Part shown: piece after piece, positions 26,901 through 39,900 of the stretch
How positions within the stretch are numbered: the first letter of the stretch is position 1
How the letters are laid out: every line of letters begins with the position of its first letter
From: Nemertoderma westbladi
Lineage: Eukaryota > Animalia > Xenacoelomorpha
Assembly (NCBI GenBank): GCA_032718475.1
Contig: JAUCBJ010009121.1
Span: 1-63,370 of the forward strand
Direction of reading: 5' to 3'
DNA length: 63,370 bases
Position numbers and translations under genes: made by a program
Notes under the pieces: generated by a model
Seen by the model: the letters and a program-made list of their open reading frames with translations, nothing else
What the model was told of the DNA's origin: nothing
Databases searched by the model: none

Positions 26901-29900
26901 TCTAGGCTCCTTCCTACTCTCCACGTAACTCTAGGCTCCTTCCTACTCTCCACGTAACTCTATGCTCCTACTCTCCACATAACTCTAGGCTCCTTCCTAC
27001 TCTCCACATAACTGTAGGCTCCTTCCTACTCTCCACGTAACTCTATGCTCCTACTCTCCACATAACTCTAGGCTCCTTCCTACTCTCCACATAACTGTAG
27101 GCTCCTTCCTACTCTCCACATAACTCTAGGCTCCTTCCTACTCTCCACGTAACTCTAGGCTCCTACTCTCCACATAACTCTAGGCTCCTTCCTACTCTCC
27201 ACATAACTCTAGGCTCCTTCCTACTCTCCATGTAACTCTATGCTCCTACTCTCCACATAACTCTAGGCTCCTTCCTACTCTCCACATAACTGTAGGCTCC
27301 TTCCTAGTCTCCACATAACTCTAGGCTCCTTCCTACTCTCCACGTAACTCTATGCTCCTACTCTCCACATAACTCTAGGCTCCTTCCTACTCTCCACATA
27401 ACTCTAGGCTCCTTCCTACTCTCCACATAACTCTAGGCTCCTTCCTACTCTCCACATAACTCTAGGCTCCTTCCTACTCTCCACATAACTCTAGGCTCCT
27501 TCCTACTCTCCACGTAACTCTATGCTCCTACTCTCCACATAACTCTAGGCTCCTTCCTACTCTCCACATAACTGTAGGCTCCTTCCTACTCTCCACATAA
27601 CTCTAGGCTCCTTCCTACTCTCCACATAACTCTAGGCTCCTTCCTACTCTCCACATAACTCTAGGCTCCTTCCTACTCTCCACGTAACTCTATGCTCCTA
27701 CTCTCCACATAACTCTAGGCTCCTTCCTACTCTCCACATAACTGTAGGCTCCTTCCTACTCTCCACATAACTCTAGGCTCCTTCCTACTCTCCACATAAC
27801 TCTAGGCTCCTTCCTACTCTCCACATAACTCTAGGCTCCTTCCTACTCTCCACGTAACTCTATGCTCCTACTCTCCACATAACTCTAGGCTCCTTCCTAC
27901 TCTCCACATAACTGTAGGCTCCTTCCTACTCTCCACATAACTCTAGGCTCCTTCCTACTCTCCACATAACTGTAGGCTCCTTCCTACTCTCCACATAACT
28001 CTAGGCTCCTACTCTCCACGTAACTCTATGCTCCTTCCTACTCTCCACGTAACTCTATGCTCCTACTCTCCACATAACTCTAGGCTCCTTCCTACTCTCC
28101 ACATAACTCTAGGCTCCTTCCTACTCTCCACATAACTCTAGGCTCCTTCCTACTCTCCACATAACTCTAGGCTCCTTCCTACTCTCCACGTAACTCTATG
28201 CTCCTACTCTCCACGTAACTCTAGGCTCCTACTCTCCGCGTAACTCTAGGCTCCTACTCTCCACGTAACTCTAGGCTCCTTCCTACTCTCCACGTAACTC
28301 TAGGCTCCTACTCTCCACATAACTCTAGGCTCCTTCCTACTCTCCATGTAACTCTATGCTCCTGCTCTCCACATAACTCTAGGCTCCTTCCTACTCTCCA
28401 CATAACTGTAGGCTCCTTCCTACTCTCCACATAACTCTAGGCTCCTTCCTACTCTCCATGTAACTCTATGCTCCTGCTCTCCACATAACTCTAGGCTCCT
28501 TCCTACTCTCCATGTAACTCTATGCTCCTACTCTCCATGTAACTCTTTGTGGCTCCTACTCTCCGCGTAACTCTAGGCTCCTTCCTACTCTCCACATAAC
28601 TCTAGGCTCCTTCCTACTCTCCACGTAACTCTAGGCTCCTTCCTACTCTCCATGTAACTCTATGCTCCTGCTCTCCACATAACTCTAGGCTCCTTCCTAC
28701 TCTCCATGTAACTCTATGCTCCTACTCTCCATGTAACTCTTTGTGGCTCCTACTCTCCGCGTAACTCTAGGCTCCTTCCTACTCTCCACATAACTCTAGG
28801 CTCCTTCCTACTCTCCATGTAACTCTATGCTCCTGCTCTCCACATAACTCTAGGCTCCTACCTACTCTCCACGTAACTCTAGGCTCCTTCCTACTCTCCA
28901 CGTAACTCTAGGCTCCTACTCTCCATGTAACTCTAGGCTCCTCCTCTCCACATAACTCTAGGCTCCTTCCTACTCTCCATGTAACTCTATGCTCCTGACT
29001 CTCCACATAACTCTAGGCTCCTTCCTACTCTCCACGTAACTCTATGCTCCTACTCTCCACGTAACTCTATGCTCCTACTCTCCGCGTAACTCTAGGCTCC
29101 TACTCTCCACATAACTCTAGGCTCCTTCCTACTCTCCACATAACTCTAGGCTCCTACTCTCCACATAACTCTAGGCTCCTTCCTACTCTCCACATAACTC
29201 TAGGCTCCTTCCTACTCTCCACGTAACTCTAGGCTCCTTCCTACTCTCCACGTAACTCTATGCTCCTACTCTCCACATAACTCTAGGCTCCTTCCTACTC
29301 TCCACATAACTGTAGGCTCCTTCCTACTCTCCACGTAACTCTAGGCTCCTACTCTCCACATAACTCTAGGCTCCTTCCTACTCTCCACATAACTCTAGGC
29401 TCCTTCCTACTCTCCACATAACTCTAGGCTCCTACTCTCCACATAACTCTAGGCTCCTACTCTCCATGTAACTCTAGGCTCCTACTCTCCATGTAACTCT
29501 AGGCTCCTACTCTCCACATAACTCTAGGCTCCTTCCTACTCTCCACTAACTTAGCTCCTCTCTCCACTAACTTAGGCTCCTTCCTACTCTCCATGTAACT
29601 CTATGCTCCTGCTCTCCACATAACTCTAGGCTCCTTCCTACTCTCCACATAACTGTAGGCTCCTTCCTACTCTCCACATAACTCTAGGCTCCTTCCTACT
29701 CTCCACGTAACTCTAGGCTCCTACTCTCCACATAACTCTAGGCTCCTTCCTACTCTCCACGTAACTCTAGGCTCCTTCCTACTCTCCATGTAACTCTATG
29801 CTCCTGCTCTCCACATAACTCTAGGCTCCTTCCTACTCTCCACATAACTCTAGGCTCCTTCCTACTCTCCACATAACTCTAGGCTCCTTCCTACTCTCCA

Positions 29901-31599
29901 CGTAACTCTATGCTCCTACTCTCCACATAACTCTAGGCTCCTTCCTACTCTCCATGTAACTCTATGCTCCTGACTCTCCACATAACTCTAGGCTCCTTCC
30001 TACTCTCCACGTAACTCTAGGCTCCTTCCTACTCTCCACATAACTCTAGGCTCCTTCCTACTCTCCACGTAACTCTAGGCTCCTACTCTCCACATAACTC
30101 TAGGCTCCTTCCTACTCTCCACATAACTGTAGGCTCCTTCCTACTCTCCACATAACTCTAGGCTCCTTCCTACTCTCCACGTAACTCTAGGCTCCTTCCT
30201 ACTCTCCACATAACTCTAGGCTCCTTCCTACTCTCCACGTAACTCTAGGCTCCTACTCTCCACATAACTCTAGGCTCCTTCCTACTCTCCACATAACTTA
30301 GGCTCCTCCTCTCCACGTAACTCTAGGCTCCTTCCGTACTCTCCACATAACTCTAGGCTCCTTCCTACTCTCCACATAACTCTAGGCTCCTTCCTACTCT
30401 CCACGTAACTCTATGCTCCTTCCTACTCTCCACGTAACTCTATGCTCCTTCCTACTCTCCACGTAACTCTAGGCTCCTTCCTACTCTCCACATAACTCTA
30501 GGCTCCTTCCTACTCTCCACATAACTCTAGGCTCCTTCCTACTCTCCACATAACTCTAGGCTCCTTCCTACTCTCCACATAACTCTAGGCTCCTTCCTAC
30601 TCTCCACATAACTCTAGGCTCCTTCCTACTCTCCACGTAACTCTAGGCTCCTCCTACTCTCCACGTAACTCTAGGCTCCTACTCTCCACGTAACTCTAGG
30701 CTCCTTCCTACTCTCCACGTAACTCTAGGCTCCTTCCTACTCTCCACGTAACTCTAGGCTCCTCCTCTCCACATAACTCTAGGCTCCTTCCTACTCTCCA
30801 CATAACTCTAGGCTCCTTCCTACTCTCCACATAACTCTAGGCTCCTTCCTACTCTCCACATAACTCTATGCTCCTACTCTCACGTAACTCTAGGCTCCTC
30901 CTACTCCCATAACTCTAGGCTCCTTCCTACTCTCCATGTAACTCTATGCTCCTACTCTCCATGTAACTCTTTGTGGCTCCTACTCTCCGCGTAACTCTAG
31001 GCTCCTTCCTACTCTCCACATAACTCTAGGCTCCTTCCTACTCTCCACGTAACTCTATGCTCCTCCTCTCCACGTAACTCTAGGCTCCTTCCTACTCTCC
31101 ATGTAACTCTATGCTCCTGCTCTCCACATAACTCTAGGCTCCTTCCTACTCTCCATGTAACTCTAGGCTCCTTCCTACTCTCCACTGTAACTCTAGGCTC
31201 CTTCCTACTCTCCACATAACTCTAGGCTCCTTCCTACTCTCCACGTAACTCTAGGCTCCTTCCTACTCTCCACGTAACTCTAGGCTCCTACTCTCCATGT
31301 AACTCTAGGCTCCTTCCTACTCTCCATGTAACTCTAGGCTCCTCCTCTCCACGTAACTCTAGGCTCCTTCCTACTCTCCACATAACTCTAGGCTCCTTCC
31401 TACTCTCCACGTAACTCTAGGCTCCTTCCTACTCTCCACGTAACTCTAGGCTCCTACTCTCCACATAACTCTAGGCTCCTTCCTACTCTCCACATAACTC
31501 TAGGCTCCTTCCTACTCTCCATGTAACTCTAGGCTCCTTCCTACTCTCCACATAACTCTAGGCTCCTTCCTACTCTCCACGTAACTCTAGGCTCCTTCC
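17946..31599. repeat. 13.6-kb pyrimidine-rich minisatellite of 25/28/29-bp monomers (TAGGCTCC[TTCC]TACTCTCCACGTAACTC), about 500 monomers, with higher-order structure
   Basis: Directly visible; fills nearly the whole intron 17897-32520. Confidence 0.98.
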
Positions 31600-32400
31600 G
31601 GACAAACAGGCAATTCAAAACGCTCTAGACCTAATTCACACAAATTTCGCAAAGGAGGGCACCTAGCTTGTACCGATAACTTTACTTACGGGGGTCAAAC
31701 CGTACCAATCTGCAACCAGTATGAATATCTGGGGGTAATAGTACAAACTTCACTCAGCTTCAGCGAACACATAAAATCGAAAAAGAAAAAGTGCTATAGG
31801 ATTATTGCATCAATAACAAACTTGCAGCTCGTTTCCATTGAAACAGGCCTAAGAATATTTCACATGAAAATTGCACCCATTGCCCTACATGCCTTTCCAA
31901 TATTCGCTCGTTTTCTTAAGGGGGGGGGGGGGGGGGGGGGGGGTATACCCCCCCTTAAGCTCTCACACCTAAAGGAAATAGACCGAATTAAAAAAACACA
32001 CATAAAGGGAATGCTGGGTCTACATATATCAGCTTCATCGACGTTGGCGCTGCACCTACTCAGGGAGAAAACATTCATTGCTGACATTTTACTAAAATAT
32101 CAAACATTTTTGACACTGATGTTTCAAAATACCATGAATTTATACAGGACCGAGAAAACAATTTTCTTTCTGAACTCTACGAAATGGGACCGGCATTTAC
32201 TACATCTACATGGAAACTGGCCAAACAGACTAACCGACACATCATTGCCAGGACGACCGCCCACGGTTTTCACCATAATTTCCACTATTACCACTACAAT
32301 TTCTGCTACTGCCGCAACTGTTTACTACATTGCCCACAGCGATATCATGTTCTACAATGTGCCGCATGCCCACCAATACCCACACTTGCAACTACATTTG
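31600..32400 (+). mobile_element. 5'-truncated, frameshifted non-LTR retrotransposon 3' end (RT thumb + Cys/His motif)
   Basis: Reads FTYGGQTVPICNQYEYLGVIVQTSLSFSEHI... (YLG motif) through KGMLGL; a shifted frame has HGFHH...CYCRNC...YHVLQC. Clade uncertain. Confidence 0.75.
31920..31954. mobile_element. 35-bp solo terminus (G24-TATA-C7) of the TTAA-targeting element at 54550-55426
   Basis: Flanked by TTAA at 31916-31919 and 31955-31958; same Gn-TATA-C7 motif as both ends of the full element. Confidence 0.8.
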
Positions 32401-32520
32401 TGCTCCTATTCCCTGTGCGTATTTGCTGTAGTAATACATAATTTAACCTATGTAACGCTGTATCGTTGCTAATATATATATATTTTTAGTGTATAGAAAA
32501 AAAATAATAATTCTACTCAC

Positions 32521-32710
32521 ATCCCAACTTTTCAGTGCTGGAATAACCATGGCAATCATATAATGTTCCAAAGCTTCTATCACTTGGCCGCCCCGACTGT
32601 CTAAGAATGTAAATGTAACTTCATTGGCCAATGATTGTTGGGTCACAGCTTTACCAGAAGTTCTCACGAAAACGTAGGCAGTACCAGTAAGCGGTTCCTG
32701 GGACCCATCA
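32521..32710 (-). CDS. DNAH5: DNAH5/DNAH8-like dynein heavy chain, 2nd exon in window
   Basis: tttttgcag|T GAT GGG TCC...: (S)DGSQEPLTGTAYVFVRTSGKAVTQQSLANEVTFTFLDSRGGQVIEALEHYMIAMVIPALKSWD; donor GAT|gtgagt; 190 nt = 1+63x3; resembles the recalled DNAH5 segment LTG...F.R....A.T......EV.F..LD...G.........IPAL. Confidence 0.9.
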
Positions 32711-32989
32711 CTGCAAAAATTTCAGATAATTAATAACTAAACGAAAACGTAGGCAGTACCAGTAAGCGGTTCCGGGACCCATCACTGCAAAAAGGTTCAG
32801 ATAATTAATAACTAAACGAAAACGTAGGCAGTACCAGTAAGCGGTTCCTGGGACCCATCACTGCAAAAAGGTTCAGATAATTAATAACTAAGTAGAAAAC
32901 GTAGGCAGTACCAGTAAGCGGTTCCTGGGACCCATCACTGCAAAAAGATTCAGATAATTAATAACTAAACGAAAACGTAGGCAGTACCA

Positions 32990-33900
32990 CCCAGTGAAAA
33001 GTGCGCAAGCGTATCGCAAGCGTGCAACGCAGGCGTATCTCATGTGATTCCCAAGAGTTATGGCCCGACCTTTACGCAAGCGATCTACTTGAGTAATGTC
33101 ACATAAATATCGCAACAACTTGCGTTCAGTCGCATAAAACTCACATGCGATTCACTTGCGACTTTCAAGCGTCATGGCGCATAAATATAGCAAAAATCTA
33201 CTGGTTGTGATTTTTGTGTAATATATTGAGAACTTTGTGACAGAAAATATGATAGTAGTTGATTATTCCACTACTGTTTGATACTAAACTATGGGCTTCT
33301 GTATCATCTGCCTGCTGCACTTACCTTACCTTACATTACATAAACATTACATTACACTCTCCAGACTTACAGTAGAACATTAGACATGCTGTATGAATCA
33401 ATACTAGAAATGGTTGGTTATATAGAGGATAATACAAATACATTAGAATAACCATGATACACTTTTAACTATTCCCTATAATTTTCAATTCTATAAAATA
33501 TATTAATATAATCTCTGAATTCGACAGCCATATTAGATAATTCGTATTCATCAATTTTATATTTTAAAACTATTTATTTCTTGATAGGCAACTTTATTTT
33601 AATTAATAATCTTCAGTGTAATTAAAAACATGCGATTCACATGGGAATTAACTCATGAGATTCTCATGGTGTAAAACATGCGTAAAATAAGCGTTAAATG
33701 AGGTGTGATTCGCATGCGATTTTCATGCACGGAATCACATGCGTAAAATAAGTTGTGAATCGCATGCGTGGAATCGCTTCCCTATTTTACATGTGAATCA
33801 CAAGCGAATCACAAGAGTATTATCGCTATTTATTGAGCCGCAATAAAAACGCATGACGCTTTAAAATCACTTGCGATACTCATGCGCATTTTTCACTGGG
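32990..33900. mobile_element. Non-autonomous CMC/EnSpm(CACTA)-like element, 911 bp, inserted in the acceptor array
   Basis: TIR CCCAGTGAAAA(G/A)TGCGCA; 2-bp TSD CA (32988-32989, 33901-33902) that restores the unit GTACCAGTAAG; subterminal short repeats (CGCATGCG, CACAAGCG). Confidence 0.82.
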
Positions 33901-36900
33901 CAGTAAGCGGTTCCTGGGACCCATCACTGCAAAAAGGTTCAGATAATTAATAACTAAGTAGAAAACGTAGGCAGTACCAGTAAGCGGTTCCTGGGACCCA
34001 TCACTGCAAAAAGGTCAGATAATTAATAACTAAACGAAAACGTAGGCAGTACCAGTAAGCGGTTCCTGGGACCCATCACTGCAAAAAGGTTCAGATAATT
34101 AATAACTAAGTAGAAAACGTAGGCAGTACCAGTAAGCGGTTCCTGGGACCCATCACTGCAAAAAGGTCAGATAATTAATAACTAAACGAAAACGTAGGCA
34201 GTACCAGTAAGCGGTTCCTGGGACCCATCACTGCAAAAAGATTCAGATAATTAATAACTAAACGAAAACGTAGGCAGTACCAGTAAGCGGTTCCTGGGAC
34301 CCATCACTGCAAAAAGGTGCAGATAATTAATACTTAAGTAGAAAACGTAGGCAGTACCAGTAAGCGGTTCCTGGGACCCATCACTGCAAAAAGATTCAGA
34401 TAATTAATAACTAAACGAAAACGTAGGCAGTACCAGTAAGCGGTTCCTGGGACCCATCACTGCAAAAAGGTTCAGATAATTAATAACTAAACGAAAACGT
34501 AGGCAGTACCAGTAAGCGGTTCCTGGGACCCATCACTGCAAAAAGGTTCAGATAATTAATAACTAAGTAGAAAACGTAGGCAGTACCAGTAAGCGGTTCC
34601 TGGGACCCATCACTGCAAAAAGGTTCAGATAATTAATAACTAAGTAGAAAACGTAGGCAGTACCAGTAAGCGGTTCCTGGGACCCATCACTGCAAAAGGT
34701 TCAGATAATTAATAACTAAACGAAAACGTAGGCAGTACCAGTAAGCGGTTCCTGGGACCCATCACTGCAAAAAGGTCAGATAATTAATAACTAAACGAAA
34801 ACGTAGGCAGTACCAGTAAGCGGTTCCTGGGACCCATCACTGCAAAAAGGTTCAGATAATTAATAACTAAACGAAAACGTAGGCAGTACCAGTAAGCGGT
34901 TCCTGGGACCCATCACTGCAAAAAGGTTCAGATAATTAATAACTAAACGAAAACGTAGGCAGTACCAGTAAGCGGTTCCTGGGACCCATCACTGCAAAAA
35001 GGTCAGATAATTAATAACTAAACGAAAACGTAGGCAGTACCAGTAAGCGGTTCCTGGGACCCATCACTGCAAAAAGGTTCAGATAATTAATAACTAAACG
35101 AAAACGTAGGCAGTACCAGTAAGCGGTTCCTGGGACCCATCACTGCAAAAAGGTTCAGATAATTAATAACTAAACGAAAACGTAGGCAGTACCAGTAAGC
35201 GGTTCCTGGGACCCATCACTGCAAAAAGGTTCAGATAATTAATAACTAAGTAGAAAACGTAGGCAGTACCAGTAAGCGGTTCCTGGGACCCATCACTGCA
35301 AAAAGGTTCAGATAATTAATAACTAAGTAGAAAACGTAGGCAGTACCAGTAAGCGGTTCCTGGGACCCATCACTGCAAAAAGGTTCAGATAATTAATAAC
35401 TAAACGAAAACGTAGGCAGTACCAGTAAGCGGTTCCTGGGACCCATCACTGCAAAAAGGTTCAGATAATTAATAACTAAACGAAAACGTAGGCAGTACCA
35501 GTAAGCGGTTCCTGGGACCCATCACTGCAAAAAGGTTCAGATAATTAATAACTAAACGAAAACGTAGGCAGTACCAGTAAGCGGTTCCTGGGACCCATCA
35601 CTGCAAAAAGGTTCAGATAATTAATAACTAAGTAGAAAACGTAGGCAGTACCAGTAAGCGGTTCCTGGGACCCATCACTGCAAAAAGGTTCAGATAATTA
35701 ATAACTAAGTAGAAAACGTAGGCAGTACCAGTAAGCGGTTCCTGGGACCCATCACTGCAAAAAGGTTCAGATAATTAATAACTAAACGAAAACGTAGGCA
35801 GTACCAGTAAGCGGTTCCTGGGACCCATCACTGCAAAAAGGTTCAGATAATTAATAACTAAGTAGAAAACGTAGGCAGTACCAGTAAGCGGTTCCTGGGA
35901 CCCATCACTGCAAAAAGGTTCAGATAATTAATAACTAAACGAAGACGTAGGCAGTACCAGTAAGCGGTTCCTGGGACCCATCACTGCAAAAAGGTCAGAT
36001 AATTAATAACTAAACGAAAACGTAGGCAGTACCAGTAAGCGGTTCCTGGGACCCATCACTGCAAAAAGGTCAGATAATTAATAACTAAACGAAAACGTAG
36101 GCAGTACCAGTAAGCGGTTCCTGGGACCCATCACTGCAAAAAGGTCAGATAATTAATAACTAAACGAAAACGTAGGCAGTACCAGTAAGCGGTTCCTGGG
36201 ACCCATCACTGCAAAAAGATTCAGATAATTAATAACTAAACGAAAACGTAGGCAGTACCAGTAAGCGGTTCCTGGGACCCATCACTGCAAAAAGGTTCAG
36301 ATAATTAATAACTAAACGAAAACGTAGGCAGTACCAGAAAGCGGTTCCTGGGACCCATCACTGCAAAAAGATTCAGATAATTAATAACTAAACGAAAACG
36401 TAGGCAGTACCATTAAGCGGTTCCTGGGACCCATCACTGCAAAAAGGTTCAGATAATTAATAACTAAACGAAAACGTAGGCAGTACCAGTAAGCGGTTCC
36501 TGGGACACATCACTGCAAAAAGGTCAGATAATTAATAACTAAACGAAAACGTAGGCAGTACCAGTAAGCGGTTCCTGGGACCCATCACTGCAAAAAGATT
36601 CAGATAATTAATAACTAAGTAGAAAACGTAGGCAGTACCAGTAAGCGGTTCCTGGGACCCATCACTGCAAAAAGGTCAGATAATTAATAACTAAGTAGAA
36701 AACGTAGGCAGTACCAGTAAGCGGTTCCTGGGACCCATCACTGCAAAAAGATTCAGATAATTAATAACTAAACGAAAACGTAGGCAGTACCAGTAAGCGG
36801 TTCCTGGGACCCATCACTGCAAAAAGGTTCAGATAATTAATAACTAAGTAGAAAACGTAGGCAGTACCAGTAAGCGGTTCCTGGGACCCATCACTGGAAA

Positions 36901-39900
36901 AAGGTCAGATAATTAATAACTAAACGAAAACGTAGGCAGTACCAGTAAGCGGTTCCTGGGACCCATCACTGCAAAAAGGTTCAGATAATTAATAACTAAG
37001 TAGAAAACGTAGGCAGTACCAGTAAGCGGTTCCTGGGACCCATCACTGCAAAAAGGTCAGATAATTAATAACTAAACGAAAACGTAGGCAGTACCAGTAA
37101 GCGGTTCCTGGGACCCATCACTGCAAAAAGATTCAGATAATTAATAACTAAACGAAAACGTAGGCAGTACCAGTAAGCGGTTCCTGGGACCCATCACTGC
37201 AAAAAGGTTCAGATAATTAATACTTAAGTAGAAAACGTAGGCAGTACCAGTAAGCGGTTCCTGGGACCCATCACTGCAAAAAGATTCAGATAATTAATAA
37301 CTAAACGAAAACGTAGGCAGTACCAGTAAGCGGTTCCTGGGACCCATCACTGCAAAAAGGTTCAGATAATTAATAACTAAACGAAAACGTAGGCAGTACC
37401 AGTAAGCGGTTCCTGGGACCCATCACTGCAAAAAGGTTCAGATAATTAATAACTAAACGAAAACGTAGGCAGTACCAGTAAGCGGTTCCTGGGACCCATC
37501 ACTGCAAAAAGGTTCAGATAATTAATAACTAAGTAGAAAACGTAGGCAGTACCAGTAAGCGGTTCCTGGGACCCATCACTGCAAAAAGGTTCAGATAATT
37601 AATAACTAAACGAAAACGTAGGCAGTACCAGTAAGCGGTTCCTGGGACCCATCACTGCAAAAAGGTTCAGATAATTAATAACTAAGTAGAAAACGTAGGC
37701 AGTACCAGTAAGCGGTTCCTGGGACCCATCACTGCAAAAAGGTTCAGATAATTAATAACTAAGTAGAAAACGTAGGCAGTACCAGTAAGCGGTTCCTGGG
37801 ACCCATCACTGCAAAAAGGTTCAGATAATTAATAACTAAACGAAAACGTAGGCAGTACCAGTAAGCGGTTCCTGGGACCCATCACTGCAAAAAGGTTCAG
37901 ATAATTAATAACTAAACGAAAACGTAGGCAGTACCAGTAAGCGGTTCCTGGGACCCATCACTGCAAAAAGGTTCAGATAATTAATAACTAAACGAAAACG
38001 TAGGCAGTACCAGTAAGCGGTTCCTGGGACCCATCACTGCAAAAAGGTTCAGATAATTAATAACTAAACGAAAACGTAGGCAGTACCAGTAAGCGGTTCC
38101 TGGGACCCATCACTGCAAAAAGGTTCAGATAATTAATAACTAAGTAGAAAACGTAGGCAGTACCAGTAAGCGGTTCCTGGGACCCATCACTGCAAAAAGG
38201 TTCAGATAATTAATAACTAAGTAGAAAACGTAGGCAGTACCAGTAAGCGGTTCCTGGGACCCATCACTGCAAAAAGGTTCAGATAATTAATAACTAAGTA
38301 GAAAACGTAGGCAGTACCAGTAAGCGGTTCCTGGGACCCATCACTGCAAAAAGGTTCAGATAATTAATAACTAAACGAAAACGTAGGCAGTACCAGTAAG
38401 CGGTTCCTGGGACCCATCACTGCAAAAAGGTTCAGATAATTAATAACTAAGTAGAAAACGTAGGCAGTACCAGTAAGCGGTTCCTGGGACCCATCACTGC
38501 AAAAAGGTTCAGATAATTAAGAACTAAACGAAAACGTAGGCAGTACCAGTAAGCGGTTCCTGGGACCCATCACTGCAAAAAGGTTCAGATAATTAAGAAC
38601 TAAACGAAAACGTAGGCAGTACCAGTAAGCGGTTCCTGGGACCCATCACTGCAAAAAGGTTCAGATAATTAATAACTAAACGAAGACGTAGGCAGTACCA
38701 GTAAGCGGTTCCTGGGACCCATCACTGCAAAAAGGTTCAGATAATTAATAACTAAACGAAAACGTAGGCAGTACCAGTAAGCGGTTCCTGGGACCCATCA
38801 CTGCAAAAAGATTCAGATAATTAATAACTAAACGAAAACGTAGGCAGTACCAGTAAGCGGTTCCTGGGACCCATCACTGCAAAAAGATTCAGATAATTAA
38901 TAACTAAACGAAAACGTAGGCAGTACCAGTAAGCGGTTCCTGGGACCCATCACTGCAAAAAGGTTCAGATAATTAATAACTAAACGAAAACGTAGGCAGT
39001 ACCAGTAAGCGGTTCCTGGGACCCATCACTGCAAAAAGATTCAGATAATTAATAACTAAACGAAAACGTAGGCAGTACCAGTAAGCGGTTCCTGGGACCC
39101 ATCACTGCAAAAAGATTCAGATAATTAATAACTAAGTAGAAAACGTAGGCAGTACCAGTAAGCGGTTCCTGGGACCCATCACTGCAAAAAGGTCAGATAA
39201 TTAATAACTAAGTAGAAAACGTAGGCAGTACCAGTAAGCGGTTCCTGGGACCCATCACTGCAAAAAGGTTCAGATAATTAATAACTAAACGAAAACGTAG
39301 GCAGTACCAGTAAGCGGTTCCTGGGACCCATCACTGCAAAAAGGTTCAGATAATTAATAACTAAACGAAAACGTAGGCAGTACCAGTAAGCGGTTCCTGG
39401 GACCCATCACTGCAAAAAGGTCAGATAATTAATAACTAAGTAGAAAACGTAGGCAGTACCAGTAAGCGGTTCCTGGGACCCATCACTGCAAAAAGGTTCA
39501 GATAATTAATAACTAAACGAAAACGTAGGCAGTACCAGTAAGCGGTTCCTGGGACCCATCACTGCAAAAAGGTTCAGATAATTAATAACTAAACGAAAAC
39601 GTAGGCAGTACCAGTAAGCGGTTCCTGGGACCCATCACTGCAAAAAGGTTCAGATAATTAATAACTAAACGAAAACGTAGGCAGTACCAGTAAGCGGTTC
39701 CTGGGACCCATCACTGCAAAAAGGTTCAGATAATTAATAACTAAACGAAAACGTAGGCAGTACCAGTAAGCGGTTCCTGGGACCCATCACTGCAAAAAGG
39801 TTCAGATAATTAATAACTAAACGAAAACGTAGGCAGTACCAGTAAGCGGTTCCTGGGACCCATCACTGCAAAAAGGTTCAGATAATTAATAACTAAACGA

